The position numbers and the translations under genes were made by a program. A stretch of 64,000 nt of DNA from Lentisphaerota bacterium (GTDB taxonomy: Bacteria; Verrucomicrobiota; Lentisphaeria; Victivallales; Victivallaceae): NCBI GenBank assembly GCA_015061525.1, contig SUWK01000003.1:18395-82394 (forward strand). Reading direction: 5' to 3'. The notes below the pieces were generated by a model, which saw only the letters and a list, made by a program, of their open reading frames with translations, was not told the origin of the DNA and searched no databases. Of the stretch, positions 34,417 to 45,765 are shown piece after piece (positions within the stretch are counted from its first letter, which is position 1; the number at the start of each line of letters is the position of its first letter).

Positions 34417-36920
34417 TGAACAAAAAACCGTTGCTTTTGCGTTCTTTGCTGGTGCTGGTCGTGGTCGCGGTTTTTGCCGCTGCCATGTATCCGCTGTCAG
34501 AGAAGGACTACTATGAAGTCTTTCAGGAGATGCTGAAAGATCCTGATGATGCCAATGCCAAAAAGTTGATCGAAACTGCGAAGGCAAAAGAGGCGAAGGA
34601 TCGTAATCTTTTCCAGTCGGAAGCATTGCTCAGTGCCGCTGATGAGAGCGGAATCAACCTTAAAGAGATTGTCAAGGAACCCGGGTTGCAGCACAATCGT
34701 GACGTAATCAGTGCGATCCGTAAAAAAGCCGCCAGCTCCATCCGTCTGGGATTGGATCTTAACGGCGGTGTTGAGTTCTACATGGATCTCGTGCCTGATG
34801 AAAATCAGAATGAAGAGATGAAAAAGAGTATGGAAGAAGACTTTAACCGTTACCGTGATGTGGCGGTGGAAACTCTTCGCAAACGTTTGGAAGGCAAAGG
34901 TATTTACGAAGCGGAAATCGCTCCTTCCGGCGATCATGGTATTGTGCTGCGTGCGCCGATCGTTTCCAAAACAGAAAAGGCTTCTTTGCGTGATTTGATC
35001 CAGATGAGTGCCAAACTGGAGTTCCGTCTGGTCAACAAAATTATTTCAGAGCATGAGCGGGAAATTTACCGCAACCATCAGGAGTATTTGGAATACACTG
35101 AAATGGAAAACGGCAAACCGCTGGTTCGCAGCTATCTGGTCAAACTGGTTCCTGAGATGACCGGCCGCGATATTGTCAGAGCGCAGGCGCACCGCAATGA
35201 AACTACCGGTCAATTGGAGATCGCTCTGCAGTTCAACTCCAAGGGCGCGGAAGACTTTAAACGGGTCACTGAAGCCAACGTCGGCAAGCAGTTGGCGATC
35301 GTGTTGGATGGTAAACTTTATTGCGCTCCGCAGATCAAAGATGCCATTGCCGGCGGTAATGCCAGTATTTCCGGCAGCTTTACTGAAGAAGAAGCCAAAA
35401 GCATCGCCGATGCGTTGGTTTCCGGCAGTTTCCCGTTCAAGATCGAAGTTCAGGCGACCTTTGACACTGACCCGACTCTCGGCCGTGCCAGCGTGCAGAA
35501 TGGTATCTACGTCGGTATTATTTCTCTGATCATTGTTGCGATCTTTATGCTGGTTTATTACCGGTTCAGCGGATTGATCTCGGTTGTCGCGCTGGTTATC
35601 AACGTATTGCTGATTCTCGGAGCGATGGCGGCGTTTGATTCTACGCTTACACTGCCGGGCATCGCCGGTATCGTGCTGACTATCGGTATGGCGGTGGATG
35701 CCAACGTGCTGATTTTTGAACGTATCCGTGAAGAGTTGAAGAGCGGCAAATCTCTGCAGAATGCGGTGAATGTCGGTTATGACCGGGCATTGAGCGCAGT
35801 GGTTGACTCCAATATCACCACGTTGATCACCGCGTTTATCCTGATGTATGTCGGAACCGGTGCGATCAAAGGTTTTGCAGTGACGCTGTGTATCGGTATT
35901 CTTTCCACGTTGTTCTCTGCGGTGTTCGTCACCCGTTTGATCTATGATTATCTTTTCCGCTTCTTCAATTTGAAAAAATTGTCCATGATGCAGCTGGTGA
36001 AAGCATCCAACTTTGATTTCGTCAAAATTTGGAAATATTCTCTCTGTGTAAGTGCTGTCTTGCTGCTGACGTTGATCGGAGACTTCGCTGTTCGCGGCAA
36101 GGGGATTTTGGGTATTGACTTCACCGGCGGCTCAGCGATTACTTTCAATTATGGCAAGAAAGGTGATACCTCCAAGATGGCGGCAATGTTGAAGCGTGCC
36201 GGTTACGATGAGCCGAGTGTCACCTACAAGACCAATATTGCTTCAGAAGACGGCAACGGTGAATTTCTGGAGATCCGTTTGCGCGGTTCAAAAGATGATG
36301 CCGAAACAACCAAGAGCAAGGTCGGCGGGTTGCTGCAGAAGAATTTCCCGGAGTGTCAGGTCGTTATGGATGGATCCAATATCCAGCAGCTTGACGGTCT
36401 GATCGGCAGGGAGTTCACCAAAGCCGCGGTTTGGGCTGTTGTGCTGGCTCTGATTGGTATCGGAGCGTACATTGTCTTCCGTTACGAATTGTCCTACGCG
36501 ATTGCGTCAGTGCTTGCACTGCTCCACGACGTGATGGCGGTGCTGGCGATTTATCTGCTCAGCGGCAGAACCATCGGTTTGACTACCGTTGCGGCATTTT
36601 TGACGGTTATCGGTTACTCCATCAACGATACGGTGGTCATCTTTGACCGTGTGCGTGAAAACTTGCAGCTGAACAAGGGCAAAAATCTTGCTGAAATTGT
36701 CAATCTCTCGATCAACCAGACCATGAGTCGTACATTGATCACCAGTTTGACGACCTTTATTGTGGTTTTCATCATGTGGATTTTCGGCGGTCCGGAAATC
36801 AGCGACTTCGTTTTCGTGATGATGTGGGGTATCATTCTGGGTACGTTCTCTTCAGTCTTCCTTTCCGGTCCGTTTGTGGTGTGGAGATCGGCGCGCAAAG
36901 CCGCCAAAGGAGGTAACTGA
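34416..36920 (+). CDS. secDF: protein translocase subunit SecDF (fused)
   Basis: 834 aa. TAATG overlap with yajC. SecD periplasmic domain followed by two six-TM blocks (DANVLIFERIREE and NDTVVIFDRVREN). Confidence 0.9.
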   Translation: MNKKPLLLRSLLVLVVVAVFAAAMYPLSEKDYYEVFQEMLKDPDDANAKKLIETAKAKEAKDRNLFQSEALLSAADESGINLKEIVKEPGLQHNRDVISAIRKKAASSIRLGLDLNGGVEFYMDLVPDENQNEEMKKSMEEDFNRYRDVAVETLRKRLEGKGIYEAEIAPSGDHGIVLRAPIVSKTEKASLRDLIQMSAKLEFRLVNKIISEHEREIYRNHQEYLEYTEMENGKPLVRSYLVKLVPEMTGRDIVRAQAHRNETTGQLEIALQFNSKGAEDFKRVTEANVGKQLAIVLDGKLYCAPQIKDAIAGGNASISGSFTEEEAKSIADALVSGSFPFKIEVQATFDTDPTLGRASVQNGIYVGIISLIIVAIFMLVYYRFSGLISVVALVINVLLILGAMAAFDSTLTLPGIAGIVLTIGMAVDANVLIFERIREELKSGKSLQNAVNVGYDRALSAVVDSNITTLITAFILMYVGTGAIKGFAVTLCIGILSTLFSAVFVTRLIYDYLFRFFNLKKLSMMQLVKASNFDFVKIWKYSLCVSAVLLLTLIGDFAVRGKGILGIDFTGGSAITFNYGKKGDTSKMAAMLKRAGYDEPSVTYKTNIASEDGNGEFLEIRLRGSKDDAETTKSKVGGLLQKNFPECQVVMDGSNIQQLDGLIGREFTKAAVWAVVLALIGIGAYIVFRYELSYAIASVLALLHDVMAVLAIYLLSGRTIGLTTVAAFLTVIGYSINDTVVIFDRVRENLQLNKGKNLAEIVNLSINQTMSRTLITSLTTFIVVFIMWIFGGPEISDFVFVMMWGIILGTFSSVFLSGPFVVWRSARKAAKGGN

Positions 36921-37237
36921 TGGCTGGTTTCGGCGATTTGATGAAAATTATGTCTCACGCTAAAGAGTTGCAGGCGAATGCGGCAAAGCTCAAGGAAGAG
37001 CTGCCGAAAATGGAGTTTTCCAGCTCCACTGCCAATGGCGGCGTGAGTGTGACTGTGGGCGGTGATTTCACCGTCCGCAATATTACGATCGCTCCGGAAA
37101 TGCTGGGCGATAAGGAGTATCTGGAGCGTGCGTTATCAGAGGCACTCAACAGTGCTTTTGCTTCAGCCAGAACTGCCATGCAGGAGCAGATGAAAGCGGT
37201 CACCGGTTCTCTTGGTATCGACCTGCCGGCATTTTGA
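36920..37237 (+). CDS. ybaB: YbaB/EbfC family nucleoid-associated protein
   Basis: 105 aa. N-terminal MKIMSHAKELQANAAKLKEEL followed by GGVSVTVGGDFTVRNITI, typical of YbaB. Confidence 0.85.
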   Translation: MAGFGDLMKIMSHAKELQANAAKLKEELPKMEFSSSTANGGVSVTVGGDFTVRNITIAPEMLGDKEYLERALSEALNSAFASARTAMQEQMKAVTGSLGIDLPAF

Positions 37238-37258
37238 ATTGTTCATAAACAGTTGTCA

Positions 37259-37294
37259 ACGGAGACGGTGCAGAAGCTGTCTCCGTTTTTTTTT
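37259..37294 (+). terminator. rho-independent terminator
   Basis: ACGGAGAC / GTCTCCGT stem followed by T9. Confidence 0.85.
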
Positions 37295-37305
37295 GAGGTG
37301 AAAAT

Positions 37306-38472
37306 ATGGTGGATGTTTATTACGCATCAGCGGCGGATTACGGAGCGGAAAATCTTGTTCCGACATTGAATGCGGTAGTGCTTCCGGTTCTGTCGCAATA
37401 TGGCGGTGTTTCCGGAAAACGGGTGATGATCAAGCCGAATTTGCTGGAATACCGCATGAAAAATGATCCGGCGACGGTTCATCCGCAATTACTTCTGGAG
37501 TTGTGCCGTCTGCTTTGCAGCCAGGGCGCAGCAGCGGTCGCCGTGATTGAAAATCCGGCGGTACGTACAGCGGAAGCAGTTGTCACTTCCATGGGGATCA
37601 TGCCGGAGTTGGAAAAACTGGGCGTGACAGTCAGAAATTGTGCCGCATACACCAAAGTTTCCATGCCGTCTGAGTGCCGTTATCATCAACTGGAAGCGGC
37701 GCAGGAGTTCCGGAATTATGACTTGGTGATCGACTTTGCCAAAGCGAAGACCCATGCGATGATGACGTTGACGCTGGGGGTGAAAAACCTTTTCGGTCTG
37801 ATACGCGGCAGTGAAAGACTGGCATGGCATCTGGCTGCCGGGCAGAATTTTGATGATTTTGCTGATATGCTGCTGGATATATATTTGCTGGTCAAGCCGC
37901 AGATCACGCTGTTGGATGCTGTTACCGGAATGGAGGGCAATGGTCCCGGCAGCGGTGAGGCGGTACAGTTGGGATTTCTGTGTGCTTCCGGTGATGCGCT
38001 GGCATTGGATGCTTCAGTATCGCAGGTGTTGGGGGTGACAGATATGCCGGTATTGAAACAGGCGAAGAACCGTCAGATTATTCCGGAATTCTGCAATTGC
38101 GGCGATGTTCCGGAAGTACGACGGATCCGGTTGCCGGAGCCTCCGGAAAAAACTTTGGAATGGGGGGTATATTTTCCCGTATCCATGCGGCAGATGCTGA
38201 GGAAACTTCTTTTATCCCGTCCGGTAGTTGACGGCAAAAAGTGTATTTCCTGCGGTTTGTGTGCCGCCAAGTGTCCGCCGCAGACGTTGAAAATGCAGAA
38301 TAAAGTGCCGAAATTTGATTATTCCGGCTGTATACGCTGCTACTGCTGTCAGGAGTTTTGTCCGAAAGGCGCGATAACCGTTGCACCGAGCCGGTGGCTC
38401 AAGGTGGTGTCGGCGGTGGAAAAATTGGTCAGAAAATTGAATATTATCCCGAAAAGAAGAGAGAAAAAATGA
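37306..38472 (+). CDS. DUF362 domain protein with a C-terminal 2x[4Fe-4S] ferredoxin domain
   Basis: RBS GAGGTGA. KPNLL...[16 protein letters not shown]...MEGNGP matches the DUF362 pattern. [12 protein letters not shown] and [12 protein letters not shown] are ferredoxin motifs. Confidence 0.8.
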   Translation: MVDVYYASAADYGAENLVPTLNAVVLPVLSQYGGVSGKRVMIKPNLLEYRMKNDPATVHPQLLLELCRLLCSQGAAAVAVIENPAVRTAEAVVTSMGIMPELEKLGVTVRNCAAYTKVSMPSECRYHQLEAAQEFRNYDLVIDFAKAKTHAMMTLTLGVKNLFGLIRGSERLAWHLAAGQNFDDFADMLLDIYLLVKPQITLLDAVTGMEGNGPGSGEAVQLGFLCASGDALALDASVSQVLGVTDMPVLKQAKNRQIIPEFCNCGDVPEVRRIRLPEPPEKTLEWGVYFPVSMRQMLRKLLLSRPVVDGKKCISCGLCAAKCPPQTLKMQNKVPKFDYSGCIRCYCCQEFCPKGAITVAPSRWLKVVSAVEKLVRKLNIIPKRREKK

Positions 38473-39140
38473 AAAAAGCGATAGTTCTGTTGAGCGGCGG
38501 ATTGGATTCCGCCACCTGTCTGGCGATGGCGAAAGCTGAAGGTTTTGAGTGTTATACCATGAGCTTTGATTACGGTCAGCGGCATCGGAATGAGCTGCTG
38601 GCATCGGAAAGGATCTCGGCGGCGATGGGAGCAAAAGAACACCGGACATTCAAACTTGACCTGCGGCAATGGGGCGGTTCGGCATTGACCGATGATACGC
38701 TTGATGTCCCCAAAGGCGGCGTGGGTGAAAGCGTGCCGGTAACTTACGTTCCTGCCCGGAATCTGGTATTTCTTTCGCTGGCAGCTTCATGGGGAGAGGT
38801 CATAGGGGCACATGATATATTCATCGGAGTGAACAGTGTGGATTACTCCAACTATCCCGATTGCCGTGCGCCGTTTATCTCCTCATTTGCCGAAACGGTG
38901 CGGCTCGGTACCTGCGCTGTTGATGAGGGGTGGAAATGGGCCATCCATTCCCCGCTGCAGAATCTCTCAAAGGCGGAGATCATCCGGCAGGGAACCGCAT
39001 TGCAGGTCGACTACAGTTTGACCACCAGCTGCTACGATCCTGATGATATGGGCCGTTCCTGCGGCAAATGCGACAGCTGCCGTCTGCGCCATCAGGGGTT
39101 TGTCGATGCCGGAGTAGCTGATCCGACTGTTTATCACTGA
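38469..39140 (+). CDS. queC: 7-cyano-7-deazaguanine synthase QueC
   Basis: Start [14 protein letters not shown] (PP-loop) is in an ATGA overlap with the DUF362 gene. C-terminal [10 protein letters not shown] zinc motif. Confidence 0.9.
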   Translation: MKKAIVLLSGGLDSATCLAMAKAEGFECYTMSFDYGQRHRNELLASERISAAMGAKEHRTFKLDLRQWGGSALTDDTLDVPKGGVGESVPVTYVPARNLVFLSLAASWGEVIGAHDIFIGVNSVDYSNYPDCRAPFISSFAETVRLGTCAVDEGWKWAIHSPLQNLSKAEIIRQGTALQVDYSLTTSCYDPDDMGRSCGKCDSCRLRHQGFVDAGVADPTVYH

Positions 39141-39184
39141 TTTCCGGTCGGTGAACCAAAAATAATTGATAAACTGTTTTTTGA

Positions 39185-39224
39185 AAGCACAAAATACCCC
39201 TCTGCCGCATTTGCCGCAGAGGGG
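39185..39224 (-). terminator. terminator for the minus-strand glycan operon
   Basis: Stem CCCCTCTGC / GCAGAGGGG (39197-39224), followed on the minus strand by TATTTTGTGCTTT. Confidence 0.55.
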
Positions 39225-39241
39225 AAATATACCGGGAATAC

Positions 39242-42200
39242 TTATCGCCCGGAAAGTTTTACCCGGTAACGGAATACTGCACTGCCGCCGGGGGGAATAT
39301 TGACAATTTCCGGAAGCAATTCAACGGTATTGCTGTCGGTGCCGAACCAATACATGACGCCATTAAAAGATTGATCCGGTTGAAATTCCAGTTGATCTTT
39401 CATATTTCCTGATTCAGCGGACATTACCAATGCTCCGCCATCCCATAACTCCGGCTTACGGCTGCCGAAAAACGGGATGGATGCGCCTTTTCTGGCGAAA
39501 ATATTGCTGGCTGCAGAGACGTTGATTTCCCGATTGCTGCTGCGCAGAATATTCCGGCAGCCGCGAGCGCCGAAACGTTTACCCGGGAATGGATAATTAT
39601 TCAGCCGGAATTTCGGGCTGATTGTTTTTTCCGTAGGATTGCGGAACGTAAATTCGATATCCACAGTATCGCCATTCAGCAGAAATTTCCGGTAAATTTC
39701 CATCCCCTGCAACGGATTCGGTATCGGGTTGGCACCGGCATAGGGGCCGACAACACCTTTCAATACCACTTCGGGGGAATCATTTTTCAGACGCATGGAA
39801 TGAATTTTTGAAAAAACTTTCGGCTGGAGTGAATCATCGAAGATCAATCGCGCCAGAAAACCGCCTTGCAGAAGTTCATTTCCTGCCGGACTCAGAAAAC
39901 TCGTGATCCCGGCATCACCGAGAAGATCTATCCCGATGGAAGAAACCCGGTTTTTCAACCGGAAATACGGCACCCCTCTGTCATCCGCCGTCCACTCCAG
40001 TGCGATATCTCCTTTCCGCAATTCCGGAATTTTTTTTGTTGAGACTCTTGCCTTGAAATCCTCAAGTTTTTTCAACAGTGCCGGATCCTGCTTTTGAGAA
40101 AGCCGGTATTGCACCACGCCTTGAGGTGGAATTTCAATCAGACGGTTTCCGCCACGCCCGCGGATAGAGAGCAGCATGGCTTGAGTGTCGTGATAATTAA
40201 AGCAGGTAAAAAGGTAATCTGACCCCAGTTGGTGTACAGTTTTTCGTAAGAATCTCGGAAAATCCGGGAAGTAGAGTTTTACTTTTCTGCCATTGGTGTT
40301 TTCAACCTCCTTCACCATGGAGTTTACCGGTTCAAAGATAAAATCATTATCGCAGCGTTTGCCGGAAAAATAGAATTCTTCTGCCTTTGAAACCATGGCA
40401 TAAGCCTCTGATATCGCTTTGAGGTAATTTGCCGACAGCGCATCATTCGGCCAGAAACCGAGCCCTTGCGCCCCCAATGCCGCAGCCGCCAATATATTCT
40501 GTTTCACCTTGGCGGGATTGTACTGCTGATAAAAACTTATCAGATTCTCCGCCGGATCTATCATCGGGAAAAATGGCTTTTTCAGGTTGGCAATATTATA
40601 TTCCACATCATCAAAGAATCTGGTGCCGCTGTAATACGGCATATGCATATGACCGTCTGCAGCATCATCTGAAAGCCGCACATCCACGCCGCACCAACTG
40701 GAAATATGATTACCGGATGCATAGAGATTATCAGAACAGAACCAGAATTTGATATCCGGATTTTCTTCCTTGAATATTTTCATCACCCGGTTGGCATACT
40801 TCGCGTGCAGATCGACCATATAACGGAACCACTGCGAACGGTACTTATCGTTTATTTCGGCGATAGAAGGTATATGATCAAGTTTCAACGCCTCTGCGAA
40901 ACGTTTCCGTCCGCCCTCATCATATCCGTACGGATGCGGCTCAAAGTCCCAAACCACATTACGGACTTCCGGATAACGGCGGGCAATCTCTTTGGCAGCC
41001 AGCCGGTAAAACGCTTCAACTTTGCCGGTTTTATCGTCAAGTTTGCTCCAGTTGGCAAATCCGATACCTACCCGCCCTTTGTCCGTAATATTCCGCGGCA
41101 GAATTCTGGATAATTCGGTTATCTTTGCCCGCAGCGGGGGCAATACCGACCATGCAATACCCCCAACGGTAACGATCGGGGTGAATCCGTCAAGCGGAGC
41201 ATCGCAAGACCTGACCCAGTTGTAACGCTTTGTTGACATACCGCGCCAAAAACGGTTATTTTCCTGCTGATCATTCCGCCCGGAAGCCTGCAGAAACGGA
41301 GAACGCCCCAGCAAAAAGGCGAACTTTTTGCACGGCTTGGCGGTATGAACGACCGGTGACATGATTCTCAATTGTCCGCGGCCTTCCGGAGAACTCTCGC
41401 TGCCCAACTTCAGCCGGTAATAGAAATAACCTGATTTGCCGACACTGTCTTTTTCCGCTTTCAGAAAAATTGCCTGCGCATACCATTGCGCATTTATCAA
41501 TCTCGTAAAATCCCGGTCAAATGTAATTTTGAAGCGGCGATACGGTGCACCGTTGCAGTTAATTCTGCCGATTTCCTCCGTCCGGTAAGACCGGAGTTGG
41601 CGACGGGCATCATTCTCTTCACCGGAGCCGAGCGAAAGTATCGGCGCGCCGCCAACAACTTTCACAAATTCGGGAACATCCAGTGTCATCTCTGCGATCT
41701 CTTTCAAGCCTTTCAGCGGCGTACTGGTTCCGATAATCATTGTTCCGGTCAGATTTTCCGCCAGCAAAAAAGGCTCATTTTTCATGAATTCTATCGGATA
41801 GAGTTTCAAATTTATCCGATGTTTGACTGCCGTATCTCCGGATGCTCTGGTAATTTTAACGCCATCGATCCAAATCGTTCCGGAAGCATTGCGCAACTGA
41901 AACCCAACCGCTGCCTCGGTATCTTCCTTGCCGGTCTTGAATGTATAAGATACCTTTTGCCAACCGCCGGGGGCAGTATCCAGTTTCCACGGACCACGGC
42001 TGCCCCGCAAAGGCGTATTTTTTTTCATGGAGATCCACGAGGCCGCACCGGCAAATCTGGCATTTTTATCCGGAACGATATTTTCGCATTTTACGAAATA
42101 TTCCAGTTGATAAACAGTTGACGGCTCAACTTTGAAAGATTGAAACAAACGCAGCCATGCGGATTTTTCCAGACTTATACGCAGAGATGCTTTGCCGAAT

Positions 42201-42361
42201 GCACTCTCGGTCGTGTCAACAGACATCCCGCGCCCTTTCAGCGTCCAGCCGTCTGTCCCCGACTCAAAGCCCCCATTGCGGATTTCTGTACCGCTCAATA
42301 CTCCTGCGGTCAGTCCGCAGATCAGCAATACAACAATTCGTGAAAACATCATTGCCCTCAT
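39242..42361 (-). CDS. large secreted protein with an N-terminal CBM-like module; putative glycan-active enzyme (family not recognised)
   Basis: 1039 aa. A signal peptide is followed by [15 protein letters not shown], typical of CBM4_9-like modules. ATGA overlap with the upstream DUF1559 gene. Confidence 0.7.
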   Translation of the reverse strand: MRAMMFSRIVVLLICGLTAGVLSGTEIRNGGFESGTDGWTLKGRGMSVDTTESAFGKASLRISLEKSAWLRLFQSFKVEPSTVYQLEYFVKCENIVPDKNARFAGAASWISMKKNTPLRGSRGPWKLDTAPGGWQKVSYTFKTGKEDTEAAVGFQLRNASGTIWIDGVKITRASGDTAVKHRINLKLYPIEFMKNEPFLLAENLTGTMIIGTSTPLKGLKEIAEMTLDVPEFVKVVGGAPILSLGSGEENDARRQLRSYRTEEIGRINCNGAPYRRFKITFDRDFTRLINAQWYAQAIFLKAEKDSVGKSGYFYYRLKLGSESSPEGRGQLRIMSPVVHTAKPCKKFAFLLGRSPFLQASGRNDQQENNRFWRGMSTKRYNWVRSCDAPLDGFTPIVTVGGIAWSVLPPLRAKITELSRILPRNITDKGRVGIGFANWSKLDDKTGKVEAFYRLAAKEIARRYPEVRNVVWDFEPHPYGYDEGGRKRFAEALKLDHIPSIAEINDKYRSQWFRYMVDLHAKYANRVMKIFKEENPDIKFWFCSDNLYASGNHISSWCGVDVRLSDDAADGHMHMPYYSGTRFFDDVEYNIANLKKPFFPMIDPAENLISFYQQYNPAKVKQNILAAAALGAQGLGFWPNDALSANYLKAISEAYAMVSKAEEFYFSGKRCDNDFIFEPVNSMVKEVENTNGRKVKLYFPDFPRFLRKTVHQLGSDYLFTCFNYHDTQAMLLSIRGRGGNRLIEIPPQGVVQYRLSQKQDPALLKKLEDFKARVSTKKIPELRKGDIALEWTADDRGVPYFRLKNRVSSIGIDLLGDAGITSFLSPAGNELLQGGFLARLIFDDSLQPKVFSKIHSMRLKNDSPEVVLKGVVGPYAGANPIPNPLQGMEIYRKFLLNGDTVDIEFTFRNPTEKTISPKFRLNNYPFPGKRFGARGCRNILRSSNREINVSAASNIFARKGASIPFFGSRKPELWDGGALVMSAESGNMKDQLEFQPDQSFNGVMYWFGTDSNTVELLPEIVNIPPGGSAVFRYRVKLSGR

Positions 42362-43062
42362 TTGAAATCTTTACCGCAGTAATCGCAGCCGAAGTGGAAT
42401 CCATAACGGAGCAGTCCGAAATACTTATCGCCGCTGTTGCCTTCATACAGCATCCCGTTTTCATCCCGGGGAGATACATTGCCGCCATAAAACAGCACAT
42501 TGGTATTCTGATTGTGCCGGAATGCCCAGTAGCTCGGTTCACGGAGCGCTCCGCCCACCCCGCGTTTATTCTCCATGATCATCATGGCTTTGGAAGGAGT
42601 CCTGATGGAGGTTTCTTTCGTAAGAATATAATTGCCGGAGGGATTGCAGTTTCCGCGGTAATAATGCTCGTATGAGATCATCCAGGAATTGATACCGTAA
42701 AAGTATTGATTGGTCAGATCAGCTTCATCCGTTTGATTCGGGCAGTAAAAGAGGTCTTTTTTGTTGGGATAAGCTGGCTGATTCAGATGGGTTTCACGCA
42801 TATAACCGACCCAGTTGGTCGTATTTGCCCCGGAAAACAGACGGCAGGGATACGCTCCGATACCCACAAGATAACCGTCAAAATCCTGAGTATAGGAAGC
42901 GGTAAATGTATGTATTTGCTTCAGATTGTTTACACAGGTGATGGCTTTGCCCCTTTCCCGCGCCTGATTCAATGCCGGAAGCAATATGGCTGCCAGAATA
43001 GCAATAATGGCAATGACCACCAGCAATTCTATGAGAGTAAAAGATTGCGTTTTCTTAAACAT
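42358..43062 (-). CDS. prepilin-type N-terminal cleavage/methylation protein, DUF1559 family
   Basis: [32 protein letters not shown]-terminus. The C-terminal region has the DUF1559-like motifs NVLFYGGNV and H-rich segments. Confidence 0.85.
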   Translation of the reverse strand: MFKKTQSFTLIELLVVIAIIAILAAILLPALNQARERGKAITCVNNLKQIHTFTASYTQDFDGYLVGIGAYPCRLFSGANTTNWVGYMRETHLNQPAYPNKKDLFYCPNQTDEADLTNQYFYGINSWMISYEHYYRGNCNPSGNYILTKETSIRTPSKAMMIMENKRGVGGALREPSYWAFRHNQNTNVLFYGGNVSPRDENGMLYEGNSGDKYFGLLRYGFHFGCDYCGKDFK

Positions 43063-43102
43063 TCCAAATCCTCCTGTTTTAATTTGTTTGGCTTATACTG
43101 TA

Positions 43103-44710
43103 TCAGTCCAGTTTCAATACCAGATACCCATGTTTACCATTCACATCCAGCAAGATGCCCTCTGCCGGGACGACGGATTGCGAATGAAGAACCAGCGACG
43201 GAGTCTTCTCTACAATGGAGATCTTTTTGCCGGTGAATTTTTTCGGCAAACGGATCAGTTTGTTTTTCAACTCTTTATGAAAATCCATGTACACCAGCAT
43301 CGAGTCCCCTTCCCGGTGCCAGTAAAGACTGGTGGCGTCCGGTTCAAGACGGGGATTGAAATACTGCTTGTAAGCGATAGTTTCCATGGTTTTCCCGGGT
43401 TTTATTTCATTGAGAATGTAAGAATAGGGATACATCTTTTTGGTGTACCAGAAGTAATAATACGATTCACGCTCTGCCCCCTTGCGGGATTTGGCGGTAC
43501 AGCCATTGAGCAGAGAGTAGCCGAGGGCGATACCGAATTCCGGAGTACGGTCGCCGGTGATCCGGATGAAACGATCCGGCAGATCCTCCGGATCAAGAGC
43601 ATCCTGACGGCTGAAAACAGTACTCAGATTCATTTTTTCCGGCATAAGGTAATTACCGGAAAAATCACAGGCAAGTATCGGATCAGCCTTGGTACGGCCT
43701 CTCAATTTAAGCGGTTTCATTTTGGGAATATAGAAATACTGTTTCTTTTTCCGGGCGATCTCTCCGAACCAGCCGTACATAACATCCATGGATTTCACTC
43801 CAGCCAAACGGGAATGGTAGACAGTTTTGCGGTAAAGAACTGAAGCACCACGCGCCTCGAAACGGTAGAGATTGTGGAATGTTGCCATTGCGGCGATTTT
43901 CATATATTCCGGATATTTTTTCCGGAGTTCCGGCGTGTTGACCATCCCCATATCCCCGCGTCTTGTTGACCACTCCGGGGAAGGCTTTTTGCCGGGATTA
44001 TTCATGACCGAGCGAACCAACGCATTGGGGGAAATCAAATCGTGAACAAATACAAGGTCAACATAATCACAAACCACATCGGTATTCTCTGGAACCGGTC
44101 TCTTACCGTCGGCAAGAAGACGGTAATCCGTAACGCGGTTCAAGTTGTAGATCGCCGTAGAAACGGATTCCTGAAACGCCAGAGGTTTATTCCGGTAAAA
44201 AAGCGGTGCTTTGCTGTGATAACGCATCCGCGGAGTATGATCGTCACCGGAACCGAGGGGATGGATAAGAATATTATCCTTGTCCGGGATCCGGATGATT
44301 ATATAAGTATAACCATCCTTTTCCGTGATCTTGCCGCCGATATCAGCCGTGGTCAATCCGTGGTTCGGCACCAGAAGCGTCCTGCCGAAAGGTGAACCGT
44401 GATTACCGCCGAGAAATCCCCAGCCGGTAAACGATGACGGCGGATATTCATCCCGGTTTGAGTGGATCTGCCGACCTTTACGGAAATCTTTCAGCGGGAC
44501 ATTTTTCGGCAGCAGGTATGCCGCTTCATTTGCGTAATCAAAGTTCAGGATGACCAGATCATGACTGGGTGAAAATTCACTCCTGACCACAAACTTGTCC
44601 CCCATTTTACGCACAGTGATTTTTTCTTCTGCACCGGCAAGAGAACCGATCACCAGAAACAAAAATGCCAGTACGCACCAAGAAAATTTACGATACAAAA
44701 TACTATTCAT
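43103..44710 (-). CDS. secreted protein of unknown function
   Basis: Start MNSILYRKFSWCVLAFLFLVIGSLAGA (cat at 44708-44710) gives a signal peptide and removes the overlap with the upstream gene. Confidence 0.7.
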   Translation of the reverse strand: MNSILYRKFSWCVLAFLFLVIGSLAGAEEKITVRKMGDKFVVRSEFSPSHDLVILNFDYANEAAYLLPKNVPLKDFRKGRQIHSNRDEYPPSSFTGWGFLGGNHGSPFGRTLLVPNHGLTTADIGGKITEKDGYTYIIIRIPDKDNILIHPLGSGDDHTPRMRYHSKAPLFYRNKPLAFQESVSTAIYNLNRVTDYRLLADGKRPVPENTDVVCDYVDLVFVHDLISPNALVRSVMNNPGKKPSPEWSTRRGDMGMVNTPELRKKYPEYMKIAAMATFHNLYRFEARGASVLYRKTVYHSRLAGVKSMDVMYGWFGEIARKKKQYFYIPKMKPLKLRGRTKADPILACDFSGNYLMPEKMNLSTVFSRQDALDPEDLPDRFIRITGDRTPEFGIALGYSLLNGCTAKSRKGAERESYYYFWYTKKMYPYSYILNEIKPGKTMETIAYKQYFNPRLEPDATSLYWHREGDSMLVYMDFHKELKNKLIRLPKKFTGKKISIVEKTPSLVLHSQSVVPAEGILLDVNGKHGYLVLKLD

Positions 44711-44760
44711 GTTGTCAGTCTTTCCTGTTATTGTCCCAACTGCAATCAAATTCATCAAAA

Positions 44761-45741
44761 TCAACGCGCCGGAGGAAGAACCGCCGCCGGAGCATCTCCA
44801 TGCTGCCACTCCAGATACCTTTCCCGCAGCCTTCCTGCAGACGGCCACATGGAGTAAGGACTCATAAAGTGTGAGTATTCAAAGGTTATTCCTTCTTCAA
44901 TTCCGACTTTGGAGGCGGTTTCCAGTTTGTAGCGCAGTGTACGCCAGTTGATGGGCGGGAAGCGGAACGGCATATCCCGGTCAAAGGATTCAAAATTTAT
45001 CCAAACCTTGATCCCGTGCTTTTCCCCCTCACTTTTCATGATCCGGCAGATTTCCTCAAAATAGGGGTAGGGGATCAAGCCATCCTGGAAAGCCACGATA
45101 TCAACTGCCCCGGCAAGTTTGCTGAACATTTCTTCCCAATCTTTCCGGAAAAGTTCAAAATCCATGGGCTGCAGTTCCCAATCCGCAATATGCCCCCCTG
45201 CCATCCGCGGAGCATCCGGCAGAATGGAAAGCCACGGAGAGAGCATGATCGGTTTATTCCCGGATATCTCTTTGCAGTGTTTGGCAAGTTTCACAAAAAC
45301 ATCAGTTACTGCATCCACATTTTTACCGATCTCTTTAGAAAAATACCATCCTCCGAATGCCGGTGAATTTTTTCCGTAATGTTCCCAGATCTCATCTGCT
45401 ATGCGTTTGTCGAACTCAAGATCGTTGACATAATGGCCGTCATTACCGATTTTTACATAATTGCCGGGCCAGAATTCCATATCGTACTTTCCGGCAAGTT
45501 TGAGAAATTGTCCGATTTTATCCTCATAAACAGGATAGGTATTTTCCCTTTCCGCAATGACCCGTGAGGGATATGCCAGAGTCCGGTTGAATCCGGCGCG
45601 GATCATAAAAAGGCGTTTGATCCCGGTTTCTTTCATGGATGCAAATTCAGCATCCCACTCTGCTTCGCTCCAATTATTGCCGGGAATATCGGCGGTGATC
45701 TCATCCAGAAATGTACCGGTGATCGCTATTTTCTTATTCAT
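44761..45741 (-). CDS. DUF4434 domain protein (TIM-barrel glycosidase-like)
   Basis: ITGTFLDEITADIPGNNWSEAEWDAEFASMKETGIKRLFM matches the DUF4434 N-terminal pattern. Confidence 0.7.
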   Translation of the reverse strand: MNKKIAITGTFLDEITADIPGNNWSEAEWDAEFASMKETGIKRLFMIRAGFNRTLAYPSRVIAERENTYPVYEDKIGQFLKLAGKYDMEFWPGNYVKIGNDGHYVNDLEFDKRIADEIWEHYGKNSPAFGGWYFSKEIGKNVDAVTDVFVKLAKHCKEISGNKPIMLSPWLSILPDAPRMAGGHIADWELQPMDFELFRKDWEEMFSKLAGAVDIVAFQDGLIPYPYFEEICRIMKSEGEKHGIKVWINFESFDRDMPFRFPPINWRTLRYKLETASKVGIEEGITFEYSHFMSPYSMWPSAGRLRERYLEWQHGDAPAAVLPPAR

Positions 45742-45765
45742 TTTTCTTCTTTCCTGTGTTTATAT

